This document shows positions 1 through 11,459 of a DNA stretch of 28,860 bases, piece by piece. Within the stretch, counting starts at the first letter, position 1. Each line of letters begins with the position of its first letter. The DNA is from Octopus sinensis (taxonomy: Eukaryota), in NCBI RefSeq assembly GCF_006345805.1, contig NW_021833177.1, positions 1 to 28,860 on the forward strand. The letters run 5' to 3'. The notes below the pieces were generated by a model, which did no database searches, had not been told where the DNA came from, and was given only the letters and a program-made list of their open reading frames with translations. The position numbers were made by a program, and so were the translations under genes.

Positions 1-369
1 AAAAAAAGAGAACCACACAAATTCATGTAGGTCACATGTGGATCTCATTTGTCGATCAACCTATCTCCTTCCCTCTCTCTCTTTCCCGTCACCACTATGT
101 CATCCCTACTTTTATCGATATGAGACCTTGTGCTTATGTATGGTGATCGAATGTCATTCTGAAAACCGATCATTTCACATTAATATCCAATTGCTACGCA
201 TTTGACTTACTGCTGAAGGGTTTCTCTTTTCTTTTCTTTTCTTTTTTATACCCCTTTTGTATATATATATATCTTTTTTTTGCGTCATTCTATTCTTTCG
301 TAGTTTTCTCTCCTTTTTCCGTTTTTTTTTTTTTTCCTTTTTTATCCGGGTTTCACTTACAAAATGCCG

Positions 370-432
370 TTTGTCGTTGTTATTGTTGTTATTGGTGTTG
401 TAGCTGTTGTTGTTGTTGTTGTTGTTGTTGCT
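370..432. repeat. (TTG)n microsatellite
   Basis: Run of gtt/ttg triplets; explains the poly-Asn ORF 175..468. Confidence 0.9.
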
Positions 433-1740
433 GTTTAGTCTCATTTCATCCCCGATCAAATAGACCAATGATCAAAGGCAGACATTCCACCAGTTACCAT
501 TCCTTTCTACAAATTCTTTATCTAATGTGTCCTTCCTTCATTGTTTTTATTTTTATTTGTTGATTTTTTTTTTTTGATTAGTTTTTTTTTTTTTTTTCAA
601 GATGGTTGGTGTACAATTCGAGGAAAACCTCGCTGCTGTTTAACTATTTGGTTGCTATTTTTAGCATGCTGATCTACCACAAACAGGTTTTCTCGTAATC
701 ATTGTTATTGTTCATGTTGTTGTTATTGTCGTTGGGCAGTAGATAAATCCCGACAAAACAGACACGTAATCAAAGGCGTTCCAACCGTGGCCATTCCATC
801 TAAAACACTTTATTTAATGCAGTCTTACCTTATTTTAAATAATAGCAAAGCTGGTGGCTTGAGGATGGTTTGATTGCTATTTCTAACAGGTCGAGCGACC
901 ACGTAGAGGTGTCGCTGATGGTGGAACCGTTAGTGTCTGTTGTTGTTCTTCTTTGATTAAGGTAGTGGCAGATTAGCAAAATCGTTAGTGTCTGATAAAA
1001 TATATTTCTGAATTTTTACTTGCTCTTTACGTTCTGAGTTCAAATCCCGTCGAGGTCGACTTTGCCTTTAATCCTCACCCACCTCCAGGATCTATGAAAT
1101 AAAGTACCACTTAAGTGCAAGGGTCGTTGTTTAATCGAATAATTCTCTCCTTTACATGTGAGGCCTTGTACCTATAGTAAAAAAATTACAGTATAGTTTT
1201 TGGTTCAGCCTTGATTAACCTGATATTCCAGCTGTGACCATCCTGTCTTCTTTTTCGATGTAAAGTCTTTACCGGACTATATTATTCAATATTTCCCTAT
1301 TTCATTCCTTTTCTAAGACAGTACGGTAAAATTTAAGGAGATTTGATTACCATTTCTTGCAGATAGGAAGACCAGGTAGAGGATCTTTCGTTGTCTCGCG
1401 TTTCCAAGTTTAAACCTTAGTCAGCTCTGATAGATTACAGCATTGATCCTCTGTCTTTCTTTTCAGACAGAATATATTTCGGACTGTATTACACAATGTG
1501 TCCATCCTCTCTTTCTTTAAGAGAGCAAACAGTGATTTGAGGTAAACTTTCGTCTACAATTTCTCACAGATCAAGCGACTGACTGTGTAAGATCTCCTTG
1601 CTAGTATTGTAAGCGTGCATGCCCTAATGCAATCCAATGTGTCCTTCCTTTTATTCTTCAAAGGTCAAAAATGTTACCTGAGAGAAAGATTTGACTACTC
1701 TTTCTTCTATGCTATTTCCACTGATCGTATAGAAGGTCCC
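432..1740 (-). mobile_element. Cluster of ~5 degenerate copies of unclassified interspersed repeat D (approx. 432-690, 745-905, 1197-1385, 1405-1590, 1625-1740)
   Basis: Recurrent motifs 'gatcaaaggc.ttcca.c.gtgaccat', 'aatgtgtcc', 'gatttg..tgctatttct' in the same orientation; the same motifs recur elsewhere in the window. Confidence 0.6.
965..1188 (+). mobile_element. Degenerate tRNA-derived SINE, group A (A2 tail)
   Basis: 'gttctgagttcaaatcccgtcgaggtcgactttgccttt' B-box region and 'ggccttgtacctatagta' tail match other A copies. Confidence 0.75.
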
Positions 1741-2179
1741 TCGCTGCTGTTATTGTTAATCACACCGGTGTTGTTACTGTTAACGTGATCGCTGCGTTTA
1801 CCATTGTTGTTTTAACTGTTGTTGTTTGTGGTGGTGGTTACTGCTATCGTAGGTTCAATATTCATATATTTATTCATTCATTTGTTTATTTATTTATTTT
1901 GGCGAAGTGTGAGTACCGAGCTGCGATCATGCTGGAGTTTCGCGAAAACCGCAAAGTATTTATTAAGATGTAACTTCGATTTTCCCTCCCAATTAGCGGT
2001 CGCTGGTGCATTCTGGGATTGCGTTCTGTCGATGTTGTTGGTGTTGTTGGCGTTGCTGTTGTTTCCTGTATTTCTTTACATACTGTGTGCTTTTTATAAC
2101 TATATTTTGCTGATGAATTCACACATTTACACACGCAGTCGCACACACACACCCACTCACACTCACACATACGCATGCG

Positions 2180-2322
2180 TATATATATATATATGTGTAT
2201 GTATATATTATGTATATATATATATATATACATATATATTATAATGCATACATATAAATACATACACACATACATATATACATACATACATACATAAATA
2301 TATACATATATATGATATATAT

Positions 2323-2366
<44 letters not shown>

Positions 2367-2406
2367 ATTATATATATATATATATATATGAGTGTGTTGT
2401 GAATGT

Positions 2407-2480
<74 letters not shown>

Positions 2481-2620
2481 ATACATATATATATTGTGGT
2501 GTGTGTATGTATATACATACATTTATGCATATATATACGTACATACATACGCATGTGTATATATATGCATATACATGCACGTAAGTGTTTGTGTGTATTC
2601 ATGTATGTATTCATGTATGC
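2180..2620. repeat. Compound (AT)n/(ATAC)n microsatellite
   Basis: Direct inspection; source of several YIYI-type ORFs. Confidence 0.95.
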
Positions 2621-3020
2621 ATGCAGACAGACAGGGAGGGAGAATAAAATATATAGGAAGGTATTTCTTTGATCAATTCTGGCATAATCAATAACCAATT
2701 AACGAAGTGTTTAATTGATTGATTTATCAGATGTTAGATATAAATATATTCGCTTCTTAGTGACGTCAGTAAATACGGTACAGATTGTTCCGTAATTGGA
2801 GACTATGGTGTTAAGTCGGCAAGAAAACGGCTGGCATCACGCTAACGTGCAAAATGTCTGTAGAACATTTTATTGTTTATTTTTTTTATTTCTTTTGTTT
2901 ATTTATCCTTATTTTTATTTTTAGTTTCAATTTTATTTTTATTTCTATTTTCATATTCATTTTCTCGGCGCAAAGATCGGAAATGTGAAAAAACAAAGGG
3001 CAGACAAGCTGGTATATTTT

Positions 3021-3230
3021 TACACACACACACACACATACACACACATACACACACACACACTCACACACGCACATACAAACACACACGCGCACACACA
3101 CACACACACACACCACCACCTCACACTACTCACTAATAACATCGTTAACACCACTAGTAGCACCGCCACCAATACCACTCACAACACCACTGCCAACACC
3201 ACCACCACCAACACCATAACAACACTACCA
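3021..3230. repeat. (CA)n followed by degenerate (ACC)n
   Basis: Direct inspection. Confidence 0.9.
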
Positions 3231-3507
3231 CTAATGGCAATAACTCCATTCCTAACACCAACACTTCGAGGAAGACGTTGCCTTTATGATGCTTAATCTT
3301 TCATTCTTCTGGATATAACAGCTTATTCTCCCTCAAATTTTGGTCGGCTGTGTCAACCGTTTAGCATTTATACCGACCAAATCCGGCCAAAATATTTTAC
3401 TTGCTTAATGTTCAAGCCAGCCAGATCGGGCCTCTTAGACTATTCTACAATGTCAATCTATAGATAAGAGATCACGTTATATTAATCTTGAAGCTACAAG
3501 ATTATGC

Positions 3508-3640
3508 GGCGAAATTCTGGTTTCAGCACCCGATACCAGTGGGGGTTTTTTTATTATTATTATTATTTTGGGCATTTTCAGAAAAATTTTGCGAATCTAT
3601 GTTCTACACTTAGGAATTCATACGATTATAAAAATATTCT

Positions 3641-3680
<40 letters not shown>

Positions 3681-3715
3681 ATGTGTGTGTGTGTGTGTGT
3701 GCATGTGTGTGTGTT

Positions 3716-3773
<58 letters not shown>

Positions 3774-4178
3774 CGATTTAAGGGCGATTCAGCTTTTATT
3801 TTTAGTACATCTCACGACCACCTGATATCTTCGACGCTTCTTTGTCACTCTGACATGTATTGACGTTTTTCAATATTTTCCTACCCATAAACACAATTAA
3901 TGGAATGATGATGCACCCAAGGGCGATCCATTGCTGGGATTTAAACAAAAACTTCAGACTGTCCGTATTTTAGACTCCGATTTTTTTTTTATTCAAAAGG
4001 AGTGCAGCTTTTAGGATTTTCAGAGGTGACATAAGGGATTAAAGAACATTTTTTGACAATTTTTTATAATGTATGAATTACCCTGTGCAGAAAGATAAAT
4101 TCGCAAACATTTTCTGAAAATTCCAAATAATAAAAAATGTTGAGGGCTTATATGGGCCGCTTAAACCAGAATTCTGCT
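3508..4178. mobile_element. hAT-like MITE with 8-bp TSD
   Basis: Exact 8-bp direct repeat gattatgc at 3500-3507 and 4179-4186; TIRs gcgaaattctggtttcagc / gcttaaaccagaattctgc (16/19 match); internal (GT)n at 3643-3775. Confidence 0.75.
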
Positions 4179-4208
4179 GATTATGCATGATTAATTCAAA
4201 ACAATTTA

Positions 4209-4604
4209 AAGTAGCTTGCTTACGAACCATATGGTTCCGGGTTATGTTCCACTACGTGGTACCTTGGGCAAGTGTCTTCTACTATAGACTCGGGCCGACC
4301 AAAGCCTTGTGAGTGGATTTGGTAGACGGAAACTGAAAGAAGCCCATCGATATAAATATATATATGTGTGTGTGTGTATGTGTGTGTGTTTGTGTTTGTG
4401 TGTCTGTGCTTGTCCCCCAGCATCGCTTGACAACCGATGCTGGTGTGTTTACGTCCCCGTAACTTAGCGGTTCGGCAAAAGAGACCGATAGAATAAGTAC
4501 CAGACTTCCAAAGAATAAGTCCTGGGGTCGATTTGCTCGACTAAAGTCGGTGCTCTAGCATGGCCACAGTCACATGACTGAAACAAGTAAAAGAATAAAA
4601 GAGA
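4209..4604 (+). mobile_element. tRNA-derived SINE group B (CORE-like, OR-type octopus SINE candidate), 5'-truncated
   Basis: 'ttgggcaagtgtcttctactatag' CORE-like segment, internal (TA)/(GT) microsatellite and 'catgactgaaacaagtaaaaga' tail shared with other copies. Confidence 0.85.
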
Positions 4605-4944
4605 GTAAATAAGTATATCACATTTGACAGAGTAATCTGAATACTAAAGGATTTAAAAAAGGCAGGGCGGTCATCAGATGGATGATGTGGTCATGCACAT
4701 CAGAGAAAGGTGAGATGGTCATGGATGGATTAATTTTGATCATCGATCTGCTCGATCAGGATTGATATGGGTATAAACATCAAAGGAAAATATGACTATA
4801 CTGCTACTACCACTAACACTACCAACGCCAATAAAATGCCAATACCTCCATCAGCCGCAGTCATAACCAGCACTAATTCCCCGCAATCATACATGTCACT
4901 CATCATAATCATTAATCATGTCGACGAAGCCTTCCCGTGATCAC

Positions 4945-5115
4945 TGAAAGTTCTAGTATAGAAACCAAATCTTCCTCAAATCCCTCGTTTATCGTCTTAA
5001 AAGAGAAGAGCATATTAGCCAACATAATTGCAGACATACTAAAAAGCCGGGATGGCCATGGCTGAAACGCCTTTTGAAGATTGGTCTGCTCAATCAGGAT
5101 TGATTTGTGATTAAC
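4945..5115 (+). mobile_element. Repeat D copy
   Basis: 'tagaaaccaaatcttcctcaaatc...gggatggccatggctgaaacgcctttt...ctgctcaatcagg' matches other D copies. Confidence 0.6.
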
Positions 5116-5249
5116 AGGAACAAGAATTACAAAGCACCATGATGCAACAAGTGAGCCAGCTTTGATGCGATCCCTCGGGTTCCTAGAAAAAGCAAGAAAA
5201 TCTCCCTCAAATCTCACGTTGGACAATAAAAAAAAAATAGAATTCTGTT

Positions 5250-5512
5250 ATGACAACGAGAATTTCAGTTGATCCAATAAACAGCCTACTCGTGAAATTA
5301 ACGTGCATCTGGCTGAGTATTCCACAAACACTCGCACCCTTCACGTAGTTCTTAGGGAAAGCCAGCGTGACACATATAAACAAGGCTAGCCCTTTGAATT
5401 ACTGGTACAATTCATTTTTGCCAGCAGAGTGGACTGGAGCAACGTGAAACAAAGCGACTTGCTCAAGACACAACTCGTGAGCTAAATACCCTAACCACTA
5501 AGCCATGTGCCT
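5250..5512 (-). mobile_element. tRNA-derived SINE group C (tail variant ii), internally deleted
   Basis: Reverse strand has head 'ggcacatggcttagtggttagggta' and CORE-like 'cacgttgctccagtccactctgctggcaaaaatga'. Confidence 0.75.
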
Positions 5513-5859
5513 TCACGCGTTGGATAATATGGTCTTGTGTTTGATACACATATAAAAATGACAGGAAGGTCACTGCTGAAATGTCTTATTACATAAGGTT
5601 AAGTAACAAAAACACCGATACGCAGCACACTGCCACAAAACATTACAACACCAACAGGGAGCCATCGCCTCAAACTATCGCCGCCACTAAAACCATTCCT
5701 ACCATAACTACTACCACCACCGCCGCAACAAAATATGCTATTTATACACCATACATCCCCGTCATGAACACCCTCCAACGTCCTATATCCGGGCTGTGTT
5801 TCCTCAGGTACCGTATCATATAACTAGACATTGTATGTGTAAGCAAACATTGCACCCTT

Positions 5860-6163
5860 ACACATATACATATACGCGCGCACGCTCACGAGAATGTAGA
5901 CTCACACGCGCACACACACACAAACATACACGCATATATACACAGATGTATACATGCTTACTTACACACACACACATATATATGTACATACATAATTATT
6001 ACATACATTCGTTTATATATACATATGTATATGCATGTATATATGCATTTAACAGTAAACATCAATCTTTATACATAAATATAAATGTGTGTCTGCGCGC
6101 ACGCGTGTTTGTGTGTGTGTGTGTGTGTGCGTCTATGTGGGTATCTATGTATATTATGTTTTA

Positions 6164-6204
<41 letters not shown>

Positions 6205-6355
6205 TTATATGTGTATAAATTATAAATATATGTATATATATTATTATATATATATATATATATACATACATATATATATATATACACATATATACACATA
6301 TATATACACATAATATATACATATATATATAAACAAACACGTCCATACACACACG
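5860..6355. repeat. Compound (CA)/(AT)/(GT) microsatellite
   Basis: Direct inspection. Confidence 0.9.
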
Positions 6356-6496
6356 TGGAAGGAGCTGAAATCAATCAATCACCAGATATCTTAATCAATT
6401 TTCACCTCTGCCAGTAGATTACAAAGTTATTTGGCAACCAAATTAGGCCGCGTTCGATTTCGGGTTAAGAGAAGCAAATACACAGACAACCCTCTG

Positions 6497-6639
6497 CACA
6501 CACACACACACCAACACACCAACACACACACACACACACACACACAACACACGCACACACACACACGCACACATACACATGCACGCAAACACAATCTTGC
6601 ATATATTATAAACATAACACTACAAGCGAGAGACCGCCG

Positions 6640-6682
<43 letters not shown>

Positions 6683-6945
6683 CTCTCCTATCTCGCCCCC
6701 CGTTGTCCACACCGCTCCATATTTGTATTTCCCTACAATGGCATCAACGTAGGTATCAGTGTCTGGAACAGAAGAGGAAGAAGTAGCAGCAACAATAGCA
6801 ATGGCGGCAGCTGCGGCGGCGGCGGCGATTGTGCTAATGCAGGTGATGGCAGTGATGATGATGGTGGTGGTGATGATGATAGTGGTGGTGTGTGTGGTGG
6901 TGGTGGTGGTGGTGGTGGTGGGTGGTGGTGGTGGTGATGGTAGTG
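6497..6945. repeat. (CA)n, (CT)n, then (GCG)/(GAT)/(GGT)n low-complexity block
   Basis: Direct inspection; explains poly-G/V/H/T ORFs in several frames. Confidence 0.9.
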
Positions 6946-7014
6946 ATGCGTTTTGGTTGTGGCAGTAGAAGCTGAAGCGCTGAGGTGGCATTGGCAACAA
7001 AAACAGTTAGAGGA

Positions 7015-7391
7015 GCGTGTGTGTGCAAGTATAAATATATAAACACACCACACACACATACAAACATACATATAATATATATATATATATTATAAGATAT
7101 ATATATATATCTATATATATTATATATATAAATGTGTGTGTGTGTGTACATATAAACATATAAATTACATATATGTATATTGGTATATGCATATATATAT
7201 ATGTGTATATACATATTTATGTATATAGATGTGAGTACATCTATATACACATACCTAAATATATTTGGAAGTTATGAAATATATATAAATATGGATGTAC
7301 ATGTATTCAAATATACATGCGGAGAGGCATATATGAATATGTACGTGTGTGTTTGCGTATATAAATGAATACATTATATATATATATATAT

Positions 7392-7432
<41 letters not shown>

Positions 7433-7458
7433 TATATAAAACATGTGTGTGATGCACG

Positions 7459-7495
<37 letters not shown>

Positions 7496-7502
7496 CATAT
7501 AT

Positions 7503-7549
<47 letters not shown>

Positions 7550-7880
7550 GTATGTATATATATATATATATATATACATATGCATGTACATATAGACAAA
7601 CATATTTACATGTATAATATATTCATACGCATATATGAATGTATGTATATTTGGTGCGTGTATAAGAACATATAGACACATATACATACATATATATAAT
7701 TCATACGTGTGTGTGTGTGTACGGGTGTAGGTATCTGTGTATGTGTGTGTGTGTGTGCGATGGAATGTCTATATTCGAAGCACTGTTTTGTGTGGCAACC
7801 ACCCAACATACCAACCACCTCCTCCGTCACCACCACTATCACTTCACCAATACCACCCACTTCCATCACCATCACCATCC
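7015..7880. repeat. Compound (AT)n/(CT)n/(GT)n/(CAC)n microsatellite
   Basis: Direct inspection. Confidence 0.9.
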
Positions 7881-8652
7881 ACCAACAGTTTACCTATCAG
7901 CACAGCAGATGGTGATGGTTGAGTTCCATAATCTATCGGATCATTGCAGAGACTGATGGTGAGGTGTTTCCAATACTCTTCCCATTTGGCTAGACAGACA
8001 ACAATTTCTATAAATTCTGTAAATTAAAAATCGAAGTTGTGGAAGTTATTTTTCTGTGTTTTTGATTATACCCTTCATGGATTGAACTTCTACACGACGT
8101 ATCGATCACACCAACTCTGTTATGGGAAGTCTAATTCCTTATGATTAGTGTTCAAGTACTAAGATATTTAACCTGAAAACACAATAGCTACAACTGAAAA
8201 AAAATTAATCCTGAGCCATAGGTCCGATGCCATCATGGATACTCAGCGCCCTAAGCTAATCCTAAAACGTGTGTCCCTTTCTTCCAGCCCCACGATATGT
8301 CTTCTTTTTTCGTTCATTGGCCGATCTCTTTTACTCTGTTATCCTTTGTATTTATTCTGTCATTTGACTGCGGCCACGCTGGAGCGTCGCCTTGAAGGAG
8401 TTTTTTAGTCGAACAAATCGACCTCCAAAATTTATTTCTTTAAAGCTTAGTGCTTATTCTATCGGTCACTTTTGCCGAACCGCTAAGTTACAGGGACGTA
8501 AACACACCAGCACCGGTTGTCTAGCGGTGATGGTGGGGGCGGACAAACACAGACATAAAGGCACACACTCATAGATACACACACACACACATACCACACG
8601 CACACACACACACAACACACACACACCATATATAATATATATTATATATATA

Positions 8653-9572
8653 TTTGTAAATGGAAAGATGAATTTTCTTGTTACAGATTATTCAAAAGTT
8701 TAACCGATACCTGGGTAGCAAAAAATCACAGCAGAAAAAAACACGGTTGGAGAGATAAGACCATTGGTGTTGCAACCGTGCGTTGGTGCGGATAATTGAA
8801 GTTTAATATAATTAGTGAATGGAAGAAATGGAGTTGAACGAAGATTGTACAGAATTCCTTTTATTACATTCTACACATGTTTCAAAGGCCACAATTTTCC
8901 AAATTCTGATTAAATAAGGATACCATATTGCAGCTTTCTCTTCAGGAAAAAGCAGGAATTACGTTGACAGAACAAAACAAAACAGAGGCGCAGCAAAGCA
9001 ATTCGAACGAGGACGCTCCTTAAGAGCCCATGGTTAAACTGTTTATCAATGTACGTTGAAATCGGGGAGTTGGTGGGGGCCGACAAAAGGTCCGTTGGAA
9101 TAATTACAGGTCAGGCCGCGGTCAAATCTAGTGGGTGAGGAATTAATGAGAACAAGGGGTGTGGAGATGTTCTGTGTGACCAAAACTAATGTTCTGATTA
9201 TTTTAAGAATACAGGGTGTATTTTAGGGGCGAGGCAAAACCTACCTAAAAGCATGTATGTGTATACTAGCCTATGTGTGCGCGGCCGTATGTTGGCGAGG
9301 GGCGCTAGATAATGAGCACTGCTGAAAAAACCTGTCAGGCGGCTGAAAAAATTCTGTGTTCGTCCTCGTTCGAATTGCTTTGCTGCGCCTCTGTTTTGTT
9401 TTGTTCTGTCAACGTAATTCCTGCTTTTTCCTGAAGAGAAAGCTGCAATATGGTATCCTTATTTAATCAGAATTTGGAAAATTGTGGCCTTTGAAACATG
9501 TGTAGAATGTAATAAAAGGAATTCTGTACAATCTTCGTTCAACTCCATTTCTTCCATTCACTAATTATATTA
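8653..9572. mobile_element. Non-coding insertion with perfect 212-bp inverted repeat; Penelope-like (inverted pseudo-LTR) candidate
   Basis: 8804-9015 is the exact reverse complement of 9361-9572 (checked base by base), with a 345-bp spacer; (TA)n on both sides; hammerhead-like core followed by AATAAA in each arm. Confidence 0.6.
9431..9504 (+). ncRNA. Hammerhead-ribozyme-like motif (type I, minimal); mirror copy at 8872-8945 on the minus strand
   Basis: CTGAAGA (9431-9437), 12-position stem II (9438-9449 with 9481-9492, one mismatch), GAAA (9493-9496), self-complementary ACATGTGT, then GTA. Stem I is weak. Confidence 0.4.
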
Positions 9573-10148
9573 TATATATATATATATATAAAACGGGCTT
9601 CTTTCAGTTTCAGTCTACCAAATCACTCACAAGGCTTTGGTCGGCCCAAGGCTATAGCAGTCACTTGCCCAAGGTGACACGCTGTGGGACTGAACCCGAA
9701 ACCATGTGGTTGAGAAGCAAGTTTCTTACCACACATCCACGCCCACGTCTTGTATAAATGTTTTTTTTTTTTTCAACCAATTCTTCCAGGAATTTCGAGC
9801 AAGATGTCTATATCTTACTAGAGTTTTACCCGCTATATGACAGATAACTTTTAAAGTACTCTTTTGCCACTGTGGGTTAACATCAGGAAATATGACATAC
9901 ATGCAATAATTATCGTTCAACTTTTACCAAATTTCTTGGTACTTATGCAAAAATTTTAAAAGATACTAATTTTCGAAAGGAAAATATTAATTACTTTAGA
10001 ATAAAATTACATAAAGCTAATTTCTCATTTGTATAGCTCCTCCCATAATTACACTGTCGTTTACTCCCCTTCCTCCGCCTCCTGCAGCCAAGCCTAGTAT
10101 GAGATGCACTCATACTGCACCTTACGTTAATTCTGTATTTCACTTTTA

Positions 10149-10150
<2 letters not shown>

Positions 10151-10216
<66 letters not shown>

Positions 10217-10275
10217 ATCTCTCCATCTTTCTATCTCTCCATCTTTCTCTCTCCCCCCTCTCTCTCTCTGTCTCT
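10151..10275. repeat. (CT)n microsatellite
   Basis: Direct inspection. Confidence 0.95.
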
Positions 10276-10290
10276 CTGTTAAGAATATAA

Positions 10291-10466
10291 TACTCTTTAC
10301 TCTTTTACTTGTTTCAGTCATTTGACTACGGCCATGCTGGAGCACCGCCTTTAGTCGAGCAAATCGACCCCAGGACTTATTCTTTGTAAGCCTAGTACTT
10401 ATTCTATCGGTCTCTTTTGCCGAACCGCTAAGTTACGGTGACATAAATACACCAGCATCGGTTGTC
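10291..10466 (-). mobile_element. SINE group B, 3' half
   Basis: Near-identical to 11055-11222. Confidence 0.9.
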
Positions 10467-10469
10467 CCC

Positions 10470-10634
10470 TACTGTTGATGCGCTTACACGCCCATAACTT
10501 AGCAGTTCAGCAAAAGTAACCAATAGAATAAATCGATCCAAGTACTTGGATCGATTCATTTGACTAAAAATTCATCAGTGCGGTGCCCCAGCATGGTCGC
10601 AGTCAAATGACTGAAACAACTAAAAGATAAAAGA
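10470..10634 (+). mobile_element. SINE group B, older 3' half
   Basis: 'cataacttagcagttcagcaaaag...gcatggtcgcagtcaaatgactgaaacaactaaaagat'. Confidence 0.8.
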
Positions 10635-11054
10635 TTTATAAATCGCAGAGATATATTATCCTAAATACATCAGGCACTACACTTTTCCAAATTTGATCAC
10701 TACTTGCTGCACAGATTGACACGGTTTCAGTAATTAAACCTCCTTATTGAGTTCTTTCATTTAGGCTTAATTTTACTAAGTTTCAGTTTTAAACTATTTT
10801 AGCAATTTTAAAACAACACATGGTATCACTCCCCTTCCAATTAAACAATTTTTGTTCAATATCTTTTTTTTTTTTTTCTTTTTACCTTCTATTGAAACAA
10901 CTCTGACATGCTGTTCAAAATTAGGTTTCTTTCGTTGAAATCTTTTAGTTCAAACAATTTTTTTCCCAAAAATTCTTAAGAAATAAGCAAACTATACTGC
11001 AAAGAGGTTTCATTCAGATGTTTCTCAACCATTTTTAAACATAAATATTCTATA

Positions 11055-11459
11055 CTCTTTTACTTGTTTCAGTCATTTGACTGCGGCCATGCTGGAGCAC
11101 CGCCTTTAGTCGAGCAAATCGACCCCAGGACTTATTCTTTGTAAGCCCAGTACTTATTCTATCGGTCTCTTTTGCCGAACCGCTAAGTGACAGGGACGTA
11201 AACACACCAGCATCGGTTGTCAAGCAATGCTAGGGGTACAAACACTGACACACAAACATATACACACACACACTTATATATATATATATATATATACGAC
11301 AGGCTTCTTTCAGTTTCCGTCTACCAAATCCACTCACAAGGCATTGGTCGGCCCGGGGCTATAGCAGAAGACACTTGCCCAAGATGTCACGCAGTGGGAC
11401 TGAACCCGGAACCATGTGGTTGGTTAGCAAGCTACTTACCACACAGCCACTCCTGCGCC
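11055..11459 (-). mobile_element. SINE group B, full length, young
   Basis: Complete head with A-box-like tggctgtgtggtaag and B-box-like gggttcagtccc, internal (TA)/(GT) repeat, and tail. Confidence 0.92.

Larger units (their letters stand above)
3357..4652. mobile_element. piggyBac-like MITE interrupted by a hAT-like MITE and a SINE B
   Basis: Imperfect terminal inverted repeats ccgtttagcatttata / tctgaatactaaagga, flanked by tcaa (3353-3356) and ttaa (4653-4656). The internal sequence is continuous across 'gattatgc' once the inserts are removed. Confidence 0.5.
8326..9749 (-). mobile_element. SINE group B (B2 variant) split in its internal microsatellite by a ~920-bp insertion
   Basis: 3' half at ~8326-8652 and 5' half at ~9573-9749 are collinear on the minus strand; both resemble the variant at 12236-12694. 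Confidence 0.8.

Noticed and set aside
4912-5226. 104-aa non-repetitive-looking ORF on the minus strand
   Set aside because: It largely overlaps repeat D and shows no recognisable protein motif.
175-7956. Many long ORFs rich in YI, HT, CV, poly-N/T/G/V
   Set aside because: They are translations of microsatellites, open in several frames on both strands, with no domain signal.
9820-9875. Possible 51-nt minus-strand micro-exon (cag|TGGCAA...CTCTA|gtaaga)
   Set aside because: Splice-like dinucleotides only, no recognisable peptide or partner exon; it would need RNA-seq support.
11380-11459. tRNA-like heads of SINE groups A, B and C as true tRNA genes
   Set aside because: They have A/B-box-like motifs but no complete cloverleaf, and they continue into SINE bodies.
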